Source of the DNA: Candidatus Eiseniibacteriota bacterium
GTDB taxonomy: Bacteria > Eisenbacteria > RBG-16-71-46
Direction: 5' to 3'
DNA: 64,000 nucleotides
Assembly (NCBI GenBank): GCA_963717935.1
Contig: CAVQXP010000004.1
Location: 704,001 to 768,000 of the forward strand
Shown here: positions 51,265 to 61,048 of the stretch, one piece after another
Position numbering within the stretch: the stretch's first letter is position 1
Layout of the letters: each line of letters starts with the position of its first letter
Notes under the pieces: generated by a model
What the model was told of the DNA's origin: nothing
The model's database searches: none
The model's input: only the letters and a program-made list of their open reading frames with translations
Translations under genes and position numbers: made by a program

Positions 51265-52125
51265 CTACGGTCTCCGTGCCTCGCGCAGCGCGTCGGCGAT
51301 GCGCACCGCCCGCACCGTGGCTGCCACGTCGTGCGTGCGCACGATGCGCGCGCCGAGGAACACGGCGACGGCGCTGGCGGCGAGCCCGCCCTCGAGCCGC
51401 TGGTCCACGGGCAGATCGAGGGTCTTCCCGAGGAAGCTCTTGCGCGAGACCCCGATCATCAGGGGGCGGCCGAGGGCTTCCAACTCCTCGAGCCGGGCGA
51501 GCAGCTCGAAGTTGTGCCGCGCGGTCTTGCCGAAGCCGATGCCGGGATCGAGCACGACGCGCTCGGCGGGCACTCCCGCCGCCCGCGCGGCCTCGAGCCG
51601 GGCGGCCAGGCGCTCGCGCACCTCGCGCGCCACGTCCTCGTAGCGCGGATCCCGCTGCATCGTGGCCGGCGTGCCGGCCATGTGCATCAGGACCAGGCCG
51701 GCGCCGCTGCGGGTCACGACCGCGGCCATGCCGGGGTCGGCGAGCGCGGTCACGTCGTTCACGACCCGTGCCCCCAGTTCCAGTGCGCGGTCGGCGACCT
51801 CGGCGTTCGCGGTGTCCACCGCGAGGCAGGCGCGGGGGTCGGCGGCGAGGGCCTCGAGCACGGGTGCCAGCCGCCGGATCTGCTCGGCCGTGGTCACGGG
51901 CGCGGCCCCGGGGCGGGTGCTCTCGGCCCCCAGATCGAGCAGGTCTGCGCCCTCGGCCAGCAACTGGCGGGCGTGGGCGACGGCCGCCCCGGGGGCGAAG
52001 AAGCGCCCGCCGTCCGAGAACGAGTCGGGCGTCACGTTGACCACGCCCATGACGAGCGTGTGCGCGGACAGGTCGAAGACCCGGTCCCGGCAGCGCCAGA
52101 TCAGCCTGGGCCCTTCTGGGGACAT
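51265..52125 (-). CDS. folP: Dihydropteroate synthase
   Basis: 'MGVVNVTPDSFSDGG', 'ESTRPGA', 'DPGIGFGK', 'SRKSF', 'RTHDV'. Confidence 0.97.
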   Translation of the reverse strand: MSPEGPRLIWRCRDRVFDLSAHTLVMGVVNVTPDSFSDGGRFFAPGAAVAHARQLLAEGADLLDLGAESTRPGAAPVTTAEQIRRLAPVLEALAADPRACLAVDTANAEVADRALELGARVVNDVTALADPGMAAVVTRSGAGLVLMHMAGTPATMQRDPRYEDVAREVRERLAARLEAARAAGVPAERVVLDPGIGFGKTARHNFELLARLEELEALGRPLMIGVSRKSFLGKTLDLPVDQRLEGGLAASAVAVFLGARIVRTHDVAATVRAVRIADALREARRP

Positions 52126-52181
52126 CCTTTCCTCCTCGTCGGGCGGTGTTGCCGGGGGCCGGCCCGTGGCCCCGGCCCGCG

Positions 52182-52210
52182 TTGACCTGCGGGGGGCCGG
52201 ATGGTAGCAC
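52182..52210 (+). promoter_or_regulatory. Putative sigma-70 promoter for the OmpA-family gene
   Basis: TTGACC-17 nt-TAGCAC with TG extension. Confidence 0.35.
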
Positions 52211-52280
52211 TTACCGGACTCTGTCCGGGCGTTTTCGACCCGGGCTGATGCTGTCCGTCCCTTCGAGGAGGTCGTACCTC

Positions 52281-53763
52281 ATGAGTGGGTCCAAGCGCGC
52301 GCTCCTTGTCATCGTCTTCGCGGCCCTGTGCGCCGCCCCGGCCACCGCCCAGATCGTCGGGCACCCGTTCGAGTTCTCGGGCGGAGCGGGCTACTTCCAC
52401 TACGACGCGCGCGCCCGGATGACGGACGGCCCGGCCTACACGGGCTCGCTCGGCTGGCGGGCCATGCCGTGGCTGTCTCTGGAGGGGCAGGCGACCTTCG
52501 GGCCGACGACGGCGGACTCGGTCTCCTACGACCTCAAGCACAACTTCTCCTACGCGGGCCTCGACGCCCGCTGGGACCTGCGCCCGGCGGACGGGCGCAT
52601 CGTGCCCTTCCTCCTGACGGGGTGCGGCTATGGCCTGAGCCACACCACGAGCGCGCTGCCGGAGAAACTCGACCGTGGCGCGGGCAACGTGGGCCTGGGC
52701 GTGCTGTGGACGCTGGGCGCCTCGCAGCGGACGTTCCTGCGGCTGCAGGTGCGCGACTACTTCTTCCGCGAGCGTGAGTCCCTGGAGTTCTCGAACCACG
52801 TCGCGGCGACCCTGGGCCTCACGTACGTGTGGCGGCGGCAAGGAACGCGACCAGGACCTCGACGGCGTGCGCAACTGGCTCGACAAGTGCGTGAACACGC
52901 CGATCGGCGCCAGGGTGGACAAGTCCGGCTGCCCGCTGGATGGTGACGGCGACGGGGTCTTCGACGGCCTCGACAAGTGCCCGGACACGCCGAAGGGCTG
53001 CAAGGTGGACAAGACCGGCTGCCAGACGGACGCCGACGGCGACGGCGTGTGCGACGGCCTCGACCAGTGTCCCGACACGCCCAGGGGCGCCACGGTGGAC
53101 GCGAGGGGTTGCCCGAGCGATCCCGATGGCGACGGTGTCCTGGAGGGTCTCGACAAGTGCGCGGACACGCCGGAGGGCTGTGTCGTGGACCAGGACGGCT
53201 GCCCGGTGGACGCGGACGCCGACGGCGTGTGCGACGGCGTGGACCAGTGCGCGAACACCCCGGCCGGGCTCCAGGTGGACGAGAAGGGCTGCCCGATCGA
53301 GGTGGTCGAGCGCGAGACCGAACTGATGGACACCGGGAAGATCCGGCTCCAGAACGTGAACTTCGAGACCGGCAAGGCCGAGTTGAAGCCCGAGTCCTTC
53401 CCCTCGTTGGATGCGGTGGGCACGGTGCTCTCGCAGTGGCCGCAATTGAGGATCGAGATCGCGGGTCACACGGACGACGTGGGTGGCGCGGCGATGAACC
53501 GGCGGCTGTCGCAGGCACGTGCCGCCTCGGTGCTGTCGTACCTCAGCGAGAGGTACCCGGCGATCGACGGCACGCGGTTCACGGTCAGGGGCTACGGCAA
53601 GGACCGGCCCGTGGTGCCGAACACCAGCGACGAGAGCCGGGCGATGAACCGCCGGGTCGAGTTCACCGTGCTCAACAAGGAAATGCTGAAGAAGGAGATC
53701 GAGCGCCGGCGACTGCTGAAGGAAGGCGAGGCCACGCCGGCCGATAGCACCGTGACTCCCTAG
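52281..53763 (+). CDS. OmpA-family protein: beta-barrel, thrombospondin type-3 repeats, OmpA_C (frameshift near 52830)
   Basis: RBS GAGGAGG; signal peptide; DxDGDGV repeats; 'IAGHTD', 'LSQARA', 'NRRVEF'. Confidence 0.93.
52849..53298 (+). repeat. Five tandem 90-bp (30-aa) TSP3 Ca-binding repeats inside the OmpA gene
   Basis: DxDxDGVxxxxDxCxxTPxGxxVDxxGC repeated five times. Confidence 0.9.
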
Positions 53764-53790
53764 TGGCGGGGAGCTGAAGCTCGAAACGAT

Positions 53791-53825
53791 CGAAGCGGGG
53801 ACGCCCGGTGGGCGTCCCCGCTTCG
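53791..53825 (+). terminator. Hairpin terminator after OmpA
   Basis: Perfect 16-bp stem CGAAGCGGGGACGCCC/GGGCGTCCCCGCTTCG. Confidence 0.65.
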
Positions 53826-53915
53826 TCGTGGGCGGCCGCCGCGCGGCCGCGGCCGGATCTCGCGCTGTCGCGACGCCTGAATCGCTCCCCCGCGCGTCGC
53901 AAGGGAAGGGCCTCC

Positions 53916-53943
53916 TTGACTATTATGGGGATATGCCCATAAT
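53916..53943 (+). promoter_or_regulatory. Sigma-70 promoter overlapped by a 22-bp palindromic operator
   Basis: TTGACT-16 nt-CATAAT; ATTATGGGGATATGCCCATAAT at 53922-53943 (one mismatched pair). Confidence 0.75.
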
Positions 53944-53963
53944 GATGGCGGAGGTACTGGAGC

Positions 53964-54473
53964 ATGTCGAGGCCCCACTGCTGTCGCAGGATCTCGGGAA
54001 AGCCGGCCGCGTCGATGTTCAAGCCTGCGGGCGTTCCCGCGCGGGAGCTCGACGAGATCGTGATGACCCTCGATGAATTCGAGGCGCTTCGACTCGCCGA
54101 TCTCGAAGGGCAGTACCAGGAGCAGGCCGCGGAGCGGATGGGCGTGTCGCGCTCGACCTTCGGCCGGATCGTCGACTCGGCGCACCGCAAGGTCGCCGAG
54201 GTGTTGATCGAGGGCAAGGCGCTCAGGATCGAGGGCGGACCGGTCTACACGGAGCTGCGGAATCGCTTCCGATGCCGCAGATGCGCGCTCCAGTGGACGG
54301 GCCTGGCGCAGGAGGCCGGGGAGTGCCCGCGATGTCACACGCTGGACGAGCGCCCGGAATCGGTGGACACGGAGACGGACAGCCGCCGTCCGGGAGGCCA
54401 GCGCCGGCGCATGAGCCGGGGGAACCCCAAATCCGGGAGGCTCGTGCGCTTCCCCAAGGAGAAACCACGATGA
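53964..54473 (+). CDS. DUF134 HTH protein with C-terminal Zn ribbon
   Basis: 'FKPAGVP', 'DEFEALRLADLEG', 'MGVSRSTFGRI', 'CRRC...CPRC'. Confidence 0.92.
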   Translation: MSRPHCCRRISGKPAASMFKPAGVPARELDEIVMTLDEFEALRLADLEGQYQEQAAERMGVSRSTFGRIVDSAHRKVAEVLIEGKALRIEGGPVYTELRNRFRCRRCALQWTGLAQEAGECPRCHTLDERPESVDTETDSRRPGGQRRRMSRGNPKSGRLVRFPKEKPR

Positions 54474-54898
54474 TCATCTGTGTTCCCGTCACCGAGGACA
54501 AGGGGCTCGAGAGCAACGTCAGTGCGCACTTCGGTTCGGCTCCGCTCTTCCTGCTCGTCGACACCGGGGACGGAGCCTGCCGGGCGATCGCGAACCGCAA
54601 TCTCCATCACGGTCACGGGATGTGCCAGCCGCTGCTGTCGCTCAGAGGCGAAGCGATCGACGGCGTGGTCGTCGGGGGGATCGGGAGGGGCGCCCTCGAC
54701 AAGTTCCAGGCCGCGAACATCCATGTCTACCTCTCGGAGTCGCCGACGGTCGAGGCGACCGTGACGGCCTTCAAGGCCGGCTCCCTGCGGGAAGTGACGC
54801 CCGCGGACGCCTGCGGACACCATGGCCATGGTCCGCAGGGTCACGGAGCCGGCGGTCGGCACGGCCTCGGCTGCGGCCCCAAAGACCCGTCGCGGTGA
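54470..54898 (+). CDS. NifB/NifX-family (IssA-like) Fe-S/metal-binding protein
   Basis: 'SAHFGSAPLF', 'HHGHGMCQP', 'GGIGRGA', His/Gly/Cys-rich tail. Confidence 0.88.
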   Translation: MIICVPVTEDKGLESNVSAHFGSAPLFLLVDTGDGACRAIANRNLHHGHGMCQPLLSLRGEAIDGVVVGGIGRGALDKFQAANIHVYLSESPTVEATVTAFKAGSLREVTPADACGHHGHGPQGHGAGGRHGLGCGPKDPSR

Positions 54899-54987
54899 AT
54901 CCGTACGATCCCTGAGCGCCACCGCGGCGCTTCAGGGGGCCGGCGGAGCGTGGACGGCCGCGCCCAGTGGTGACGAAGGCAGCGAGA

Positions 54988-55013
54988 GAGGGGGCGGCCG
55001 GAGCCGCCCCCTC
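54988..55013 (-). terminator. Hairpin between the convergent NifX-like and peroxiredoxin genes
   Basis: 11-bp stem GAGGGGGCGGC/GCCGCCCCCTC. Confidence 0.55.
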
Positions 55014-55035
55014 CTTCGCAAGTTGCCGCGCCCGA

Positions 55036-55714
55036 TCACTTCGGGCAGGGCTTGGTGCTCAGGAACCAGTCGTGGATCTTCACCTCGGGGCCCGACTTCT
55101 CCACGCGCTCCCGGGCCGCTCCGCACGAGCCCGGGGTCGGGATGATGACGTCCTCGCCGGGCTGCCAGTTGGCGGGGGTGGCCACCGCATGCTTGTCGCT
55201 GGTCTGCAGGGCGACGAGGAGCCGCTTGATCTCCTCCATGTTCCGGCCGTTGGTGAGCGGGTAGTACAGCAGCGCGCGGATGGTGCCGTTGGGGTCCACG
55301 ATGAAGACCGCGCGCACCGCCTGGGTGGAACTGGCCCCGGGCTGGAGCATCCCGTAGAGCTTCGCGACTTCCATCGTGATGTCCGCGATCAACGGGAAGT
55401 TCACCTCCACGCCCTTCATGCCCTCTGTACTCGATCTTCTCCTTGATGGTGCGCAGCCAGGCGATGTGGGCGAAGATGCTGTCGATGGAGAGTCCCACCA
55501 GGGCGCAGTTCAGGGCCTTCAACGCCGGCTCCATGGAAGCGAAGGTCATGAACTCGGTGGTGCAGACGGGTGTGAAGTCCGCGGGGTGGGAGAAAAGGAT
55601 CACCCACCGGCCCTTGTAGTCCTCGGGGAAGTTGATGGGGCCCTGGGTGGTCTCCGCCTTGAAGGACGGAGCCTTGTCCCCGATGAGCGGCAGACGCGTC
55701 GTGCTCTCGTTCAT
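55036..55714 (-). CDS. Peroxiredoxin, Prx6 subfamily (frameshift near 55425)
   Basis: 'FSHPADFTPVCTTE', 'VRAVFIVDP', 'YYPLTNGRN', 'TPANWQPG'. Confidence 0.94.
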
Positions 55715-55869
55715 GGTGGTCTCCGGATCGTGAGGGGAAGGTGACGGAAACATCTGGCCCCGGGCCCGCCCCCTGTCGGGGACCCGGCGGCTCTCCGAAC
55801 GCCGCGGCGGTCGTCAGCGACGGGCGGTTCTGACCCCCGTCCGTGGAGCCGCACGCGACGGGATCGTGC

Positions 55870-56952
55870 CTATCCGATGCCCACGAACGTGCCGGTCGCG
55901 GTCGCACACTCCTTTCCATCCTGCTCGATCGCCGCGTTCAGGGCGTAGATCGTCTTTCGCCGCCGTGCCGGCTGCTCCCGCTGGAGCAGGCTGGCCGTCA
56001 CCGCGAGCGGGATGCGCGTCTGCACCGGCGACCGAAAGCGGACATTCAACCGGGCCGTCATGGCCCGGATCCCCAGCCGAAACAGACAGTTGGTCATCGC
56101 CGAGTCGAGCAGGAGGGAGACGATCCCGCCCTGGACGACACCGTCGTAGCCCTGAAACTTCTCATCGAGGGTGCAGCGGGCGATGACGCCCTCCGTGCCG
56201 GCGGCTTCGAAGCGCAGCCCCAACCCATCGGGGTTGGCCGGTCCGCAGGCGAAGCACTGCCGGTGATGGATCCGACCGGCCTCGGCCGGCTCGCGCCTCT
56301 TCCCGCTGGCGATCCAGACATCGTTGAGGGGAAGCACGTGGTGCTCGACGCTCTCGAAGCGCGTCCGGAGGAACTCGCAGATCGCCGGCGAGGAGAGCTT
56401 GCCTCGTTCGTGCGGCCGGTGGTGGATCGCCCGATGCACCTGGTCCATGACCCGGAAGCCGTGCGGATTGAATTCGACGATCAGGAGCCTGCCGTCATCC
56501 CGGAGCACGCGCGTCATCTCCTCCAGCACGCGTTCGGGCTCCTCCATGTGGTGCAGGGCGTCGGCCGCGGCCACGTGCGCGAAACTGGCGTCCGGTTGAT
56601 CGAGACGCGTCGCATCGAAGACGCGAAACGTGACGGCGGCCCGCGTGAGGGCGCCGATCCGTTCGCGGGTCTCGCGCACCACCTCGCCGTCGATGTCCCC
56701 GGAGATGACCTGGCAGCCGGCAGCCGCGAGGGCGAATGCCATGCGCCCCGAGCCGGTCGCCACGTCGAGCACGCGATCGGCGGCGCCGAATCCGGCGAGC
56801 TCGATGGCGTGGCGATGCTCGCCCACCAGGTCGTACCCCAGATCGCTCAGCCTCTGGTCGGAGGGGGTCCCGGGGAACTTCGTGCCGATGCTCGAAGGCT
56901 CGAAGGAGGCGCTCACGGGCGTCAGTCTAGAGGGGGCCGAGCGCGCAGGCAA
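55870..56952 (-). CDS. Class I methyltransferase fused to a PaaI hot-dog thioesterase (start uncertain)
   Basis: 'VLDVATGSG', 'ALHHM', 'GRLLIVE'; then 'CFACGPANPDGLGL', 'QGYDGVVQGG...LLDSAM'. Confidence 0.8.
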   Translation of the reverse strand: MPARSAPSRLTPVSASFEPSSIGTKFPGTPSDQRLSDLGYDLVGEHRHAIELAGFGAADRVLDVATGSGRMAFALAAAGCQVISGDIDGEVVRETRERIGALTRAAVTFRVFDATRLDQPDASFAHVAAADALHHMEEPERVLEEMTRVLRDDGRLLIVEFNPHGFRVMDQVHRAIHHRPHERGKLSSPAICEFLRTRFESVEHHVLPLNDVWIASGKRREPAEAGRIHHRQCFACGPANPDGLGLRFEAAGTEGVIARCTLDEKFQGYDGVVQGGIVSLLLDSAMTNCLFRLGIRAMTARLNVRFRSPVQTRIPLAVTASLLQREQPARRRKTIYALNAAIEQDGKECATATGTFVGIG

Positions 56953-57026
56953 TCAGGTCGGTGTCCCGGGGGCCGTCGGGCGGGAGCGAGCCGGCGCTGC
57001 GGTGGGCGCGGGGTCGCGCCGGCGCT

Positions 57027-57071
57027 TTGACGACATCGTTCCTCAGTGTTATCTATTATTTGATACGTAAC
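57027..57071 (+). promoter_or_regulatory. Putative promoter with AT-rich imperfect palindrome
   Basis: TTGACG-17 nt-TATCTA; TATCTATTATTTGATA at 57050-57065 in otherwise GC-rich DNA. Confidence 0.4.
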
Positions 57072-57173
57072 ACTGAGACGTGGAGCTCCAGGCGCCGGAT
57101 CCCGGCGCGACGGCCGCGGGACACCGCGCCGGGAGCTTCTTCGCCTGCTGCCGGACCCGCCACGGAGGACCGC

Positions 57174-57935
57174 ATGAAGAGGCACCTGCTGCTCCCGCTC
57201 GCCGTCGCACTCGCCGCCCTGGCGGCCGCGCCTCCGTCGTACGCGTGCTTCGACACCTACGTGTTCCTGCAGAAGCAGAGCCTGGCGTATCCGAAGGGGC
57301 TGCTGGCCGTGGAGACCTCCGGTGAGTACATGGCGCAGGACCTGACTTCCGCAGGCGAGGACGCCTTCTCCGGCGGCCTGAACCTCTACTATGGCCTGGT
57401 CGACCGCTTCTCGGTGCAGGGAGCGCTGGCCTCGTCGGAGAAGGCGCGCAGCGAGTTCGGCTTCGACGAATGGGGCCTGCGCGGGGTCTACGGCCTGGTC
57501 CGACCGTACGACGGCGGCTACAGCCTCGACCTGGTTCTCGAGATGCGCACGGCCACCTCGGGCGGCTCGAGCACCTGGGAGGTGTCGGCCCCGAACATCT
57601 GGTACCGGAAGGACGTGACGCTCGTCGTCCACCCGGTGATGTCGCTTGCCTCGGGCGATGAGTTCGGCCTGCGCGGGCATGGTGGCGTCTTCTACTCGGT
57701 GGGTGGGCTGGGGATCGTCGGGGTCGGGAGCGAATACGAGAGCGCCCAGAGCAGCGACCACTTCAGCCATCGGCTGGTCCGGGGCGCGGGCGCGACCAGC
57801 CTGTTCCTCGGCGCCGCCCTGGGCCCGCACCTGTTCCTGCAGAACGAGTTCATCAAGGGCTGGGGGAGCGGCGGGTCGGACGTCGGCTTCGCGGTGACGC
57901 TCAAGTTCCTCCGCCCCGGCGGCCCGATGCGCTGA
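57174..57935 (+). CDS. Exported hypothetical protein, possible beta-barrel
   Basis: RBS GGAGG; signal 'MKRHLLL...SYA|CFDTY'; amphipathic beta-strand pattern ending 'GFAVTLKF'. Confidence 0.75.
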   Translation: MKRHLLLPLAVALAALAAAPPSYACFDTYVFLQKQSLAYPKGLLAVETSGEYMAQDLTSAGEDAFSGGLNLYYGLVDRFSVQGALASSEKARSEFGFDEWGLRGVYGLVRPYDGGYSLDLVLEMRTATSGGSSTWEVSAPNIWYRKDVTLVVHPVMSLASGDEFGLRGHGGVFYSVGGLGIVGVGSEYESAQSSDHFSHRLVRGAGATSLFLGAALGPHLFLQNEFIKGWGSGGSDVGFAVTLKFLRPGGPMR

Positions 57936-57993
57936 CCGGGGACGGACCCGGCCGGGGACGGGACTCGCCGCAGCGGGCCACGAAGGATCCAGG

Positions 57994-59301
57994 CTACGTC
58001 TTCTGCTTCTTCTTCTCTGCCGCGGGGAAGAGCACGTTGTTGAGGATCAGCCGGTAGCCGGGCGAGTGCCTGACCTTCGACAGGTCGGTCGCCGGGTCGC
58101 CCACGCGGTGCTGGAAGTCCTCGGGGTCGTGGCCCCCGAGGAAGGTGAACGTGCCGCGCCCGTACTGCCCGTGCAGGTACTTCACCTCGTCGGCGCCCTC
58201 GACCTCGCCCAGCACCAGCACGCCGCTCTTGATGAACTGCCGGCGGAAGCCGGTGGTCTGCCCGAGGAAGTCGAGCACGGCGTTCGCGTGGTCCTGCACC
58301 AGCATGGTGGGCACGGGATCGTTCTTGGCGGAGAAGTCGAACAGCGTGAAGAAGGAGTTGGGCCCGCGGGCGTCGGCCTCCTGGGTCACGTCGATGTCCG
58401 AGAACCGGTAGAGGTACGGGTTCATTTCCAGGTGGAAGTCCTTGAAGGCGAGCGTGAGCGTGAAATCGAGCTCGCGCTGGGCCTGGGGGCGGCCGGATCG
58501 CCGTCGTAGACCGTGTCGGCGATGTCCACGCCGGTCGGCGGCGAGCGCCATGTCGTAGGTGTCGGTGGCCGAGCACATGCCGAACATGAACCCGCCGCGC
58601 CCGATGAAGTCTCTGACGGTTCGGGCCACGGCACCCTTGAGCTGGGTCACCTTCGCGAAGCCCATCCTGGACGCCATCGCCTTCTGGACGCGCTCCTCCT
58701 CCTGGTACCAGGGGAAGCCGTGGTAGGCGGAGTAGAACTTGCCGTGCTGCCCGGTGAAGTCCTCGTGGTGCAGGTGGAGCCAGTCGTACTTCGCCAGCTC
58801 GCCGCGCAGCACCTCTTCGTCCCAGACGCGGGTGTAGGGGATCTCGGCGTAGTCGAGCGCCAGGGTCACGGCGTCGTCCCAGGGCGGTGTGTTGGGCGGG
58901 ATGTACACGGCGATCTTCGGCGGTTTCTCCAGCGCGACCGCCTCCATGTTGTTGTCGGCGATCTCGGCGCGCATGGCCGCCTCGGCGCCGCCGTCCATGG
59001 GCTCGAGCGCGACGCCGCGCACGTTGGCTTCGCGCTCGATGCCCGGATCGTCGGGCAGCAGGAAGGAGCCGGCACGATAGTTGAGCAGCCACTCGGCCTT
59101 CTGCCCCTGCTGGAGCACCCAGTAGGTGAGCCCGTAGGCCTTGAGGTGGTCGGTCTGCCGGTCGTCCATGGGGACGAGCCACTTCGCCTGCGCGGGCGCG
59201 GCTGCGAGCACGACGGCGAGGAACGCCGCGGCGATCCCGCGCCCGCCCGGCGCACGCGATCCCGCCGTCCGCCGCTCTCTGCCCGCGATCCCGCGCTTCA
59301 T
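57994..59301 (-). CDS. Exported conserved protein with class-I GATase-like nucleophile elbow (compensating frameshifts near 58490 and 58535)
   Basis: Signal peptide; 'LVPMD..QTDHLKAYG', 'WLHLHHEDFTGQ', 'GGFMFGMCSATD', 'GGHDPED', 'LILNNVLFPAA'. Confidence 0.8.
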   Translation of the reverse strand: MKRGIAGRERRTAGSRAPGGRGIAAAFLAVVLAAAPAQAKWLVPMDDRQTDHLKAYGLTYWVLQQGQKAEWLLNYRAGSFLLPDDPGIEREANVRGVALEPMDGGAEAAMRAEIADNNMEAVALEKPPKIAVYIPPNTPPWDDAVTLALDYAEIPYTRVWDEEVLRGELAKYDWLHLHHEDFTGQHGKFYSAYHGFPWYQEEERVQKAMASRMGFAKVTQLKGAVARTVRDFIGRGGFMFGMCSATDTYDMALAADRRGHRRHGLRRRSGRPQAQRELDFTLTLAFKDFHLEMNPYLYRFSDIDVTQEADARGPNSFFTLFDFSAKNDPVPTMLVQDHANAVLDFLGQTTGFRRQFIKSGVLVLGEVEGADEVKYLHGQYGRGTFTFLGGHDPEDFQHRVGDPATDLSKVRHSPGYRLILNNVLFPAAEKKKQKT

Positions 59302-59311
59302 CTCATCCTCC

Positions 59312-61048
59312 TCAGAAGACCCGGCGGTCGCGCCGGAGTCTCTCGGCCACGCGCCGTACCTCGGGCGCGTTCCAGGCGCGCGGGTAGCGGGCGAGGCACT
59401 CCTCGTACTGGACCAGAGCGGCGCGCTCGTCCTTGAGCCGGGAGAGGTAGAGGTCGCCGGCGCGCTGGCGGGCGAGCGGCGCGAGCCGGTCGTCGGGCAG
59501 CGAGTCCGCCACCGCCAGCAGGAGACCGAGCGCCGCGCGCGCGTCGCCCGCGGCTTCACGCTGGGACGCGAGCAGCAGCGCGGCCTGCGCCCAGAGTGCC
59601 CCGCGCGGCAGCACCTGCGTGAGCGAGTCGGTCAGCGCCAGGGCGCGTCGGCGGTCGTTGCGCCACTCCTCGTAGGCGATGCGTCCGAACACCGCGAGCG
59701 CGGCTCGCGGCTCCGCGTCCTCGATCAGGTAGGCGCGCTCGAGGGCGGCGCCGCGGAAGGGCCCCTGCGGGTCCGCGGCGATGCGCTCGTAGAGGTTCAG
59801 CGCGGAGTCGCTCCGCCCCGTGAAGAAGAGCGCCTCGGCGTAGCGCCACGCGCCCTCGCGCGTGGCTCCGGCCAGCGCGGCGAGCCGCGGCAGCGCGCGC
59901 TCGGGCGGGCCGTCGCGCAGGTCGGCGAGGGCTTCTTCGAGGTCGAGCTGGGGCACCGCCGCGGGCGGCACGGCGCCCGCGCGCAGCAACGCGCGTGCCT
60001 CGTCGGTGCGGCCGGCCTCGCGCAGCCCGCGGGCGATCGCCACGAGGAAGTCAACGGGCCAGCGTGCCGTGGGGACGCCATCGAGCGCCCGGGCCAGCGC
60101 GGGCGCGGCCTCGTCCCCGGCGCCGCGCCCGCACTGCAGCGTCCAGGCGTACTGCGCCCCGGTGAGCCGCCAGGTCGCGTCGAAGCGGCCATCGCCCGCG
60201 AGCGCGGTCAACGCCGCAGCCGCGGCGCCCGAGTCACGGGAGGCGCCGGTGGAGGTCAACTGCTGGGCGAAGTCCCAGAGGAGCGGGGCCCGTGCCGTGC
60301 CGTGCCGCTCGGCGTGCTCGAGGGTCGCGAGCGCCGACGCGAGGTCGCCGCCGCGCCAGTCGAGCATGGCGCACGCACGCACGAGATCCGCGCGGTCGGG
60401 CCGCGCCTGGGCCGCCCGGCGCATCAGCTCCCGCACGCCGCGGGCGTCCGCTGGCGCGAGGCGGATGACGGTCTCCTGGGCCCAGTCGGCGTCGAGCGGT
60501 GAGGCGAGCCAGGACTCGAGCGCCACGCCCGCCGCGTCACGCGGGCGGCCCAGCCGCTCGAGCGCGAGCGCGAGCTCGCGCGCCACCATCAGCGAGTCCC
60601 GCTGTGCTGCGCGCTCGATGCGGCCCAGCCGCTCCGCGCCGGCGAAGTCCTGCCGCGCGAGGAGCAGGCGCGCCTGCTCGGTCACCACGGCCGGGTGGTG
60701 CGCGACCTCGGCAAGGAGCGGCGCCAGGGCGGTCCGGGCCTGCTCGAGACGGCCGCTCGCGCGCAGCGCCCGCGCCTGGCGCAGGCGGGCGACCTGGGTG
60801 GGGGAGAGGCGTGGCATGCGGTGCTGGCTCACCGGGGCCAACTCGGCGTCATCGGCCGCGCCCACGACCAGGAGCCCGGGAGCGATCTGCCGGACGCCGG
60901 ACTCCCGCGGATCGAGGTCACGGATGTGCCGGTAGGTGGCGGTCGAGTCGAACGTCTGCGCAGCGGCGGGCGTGGCTGCCACCGCCACCGCGACCATGCC
61001 CGCGGCACGCGCCATCATCCGAAGCCACCGCGACGCGCGGGCCCTCAC
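59312..61048 (-). CDS. Exported tetratricopeptide-repeat protein
   Basis: Signal-like 'AATPAAA|Q'; helical repeats; 'ALVQYEECLARYP'; GTG start overlaps the upstream TGA. Confidence 0.75.
   Translation of the reverse strand: MRARASRWLRMMARAAGMVAVAVAATPAAAQTFDSTATYRHIRDLDPRESGVRQIAPGLLVVGAADDAELAPVSQHRMPRLSPTQVARLRQARALRASGRLEQARTALAPLLAEVAHHPAVVTEQARLLLARQDFAGAERLGRIERAAQRDSLMVARELALALERLGRPRDAAGVALESWLASPLDADWAQETVIRLAPADARGVRELMRRAAQARPDRADLVRACAMLDWRGGDLASALATLEHAERHGTARAPLLWDFAQQLTSTGASRDSGAAAAALTALAGDGRFDATWRLTGAQYAWTLQCGRGAGDEAAPALARALDGVPTARWPVDFLVAIARGLREAGRTDEARALLRAGAVPPAAVPQLDLEEALADLRDGPPERALPRLAALAGATREGAWRYAEALFFTGRSDSALNLYERIAADPQGPFRGAALERAYLIEDAEPRAALAVFGRIAYEEWRNDRRRALALTDSLTQVLPRGALWAQAALLLASQREAAGDARAALGLLLAVADSLPDDRLAPLARQRAGDLYLSRLKDERAALVQYEECLARYPRAWNAPEVRRVAERLRRDRRVF

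Noticed and set aside
52849..53298. Periodic repeats as a CRISPR array
   Set aside because: They are in-frame degenerate 90-bp coding repeats (TSP3) with no unique spacers and no cas genes
48177..58000. tRNA-anchored genomic island or prophage
   Set aside because: No integrase and no duplicated tRNA 3' end were seen; the tRNA 3' side runs directly into tilS
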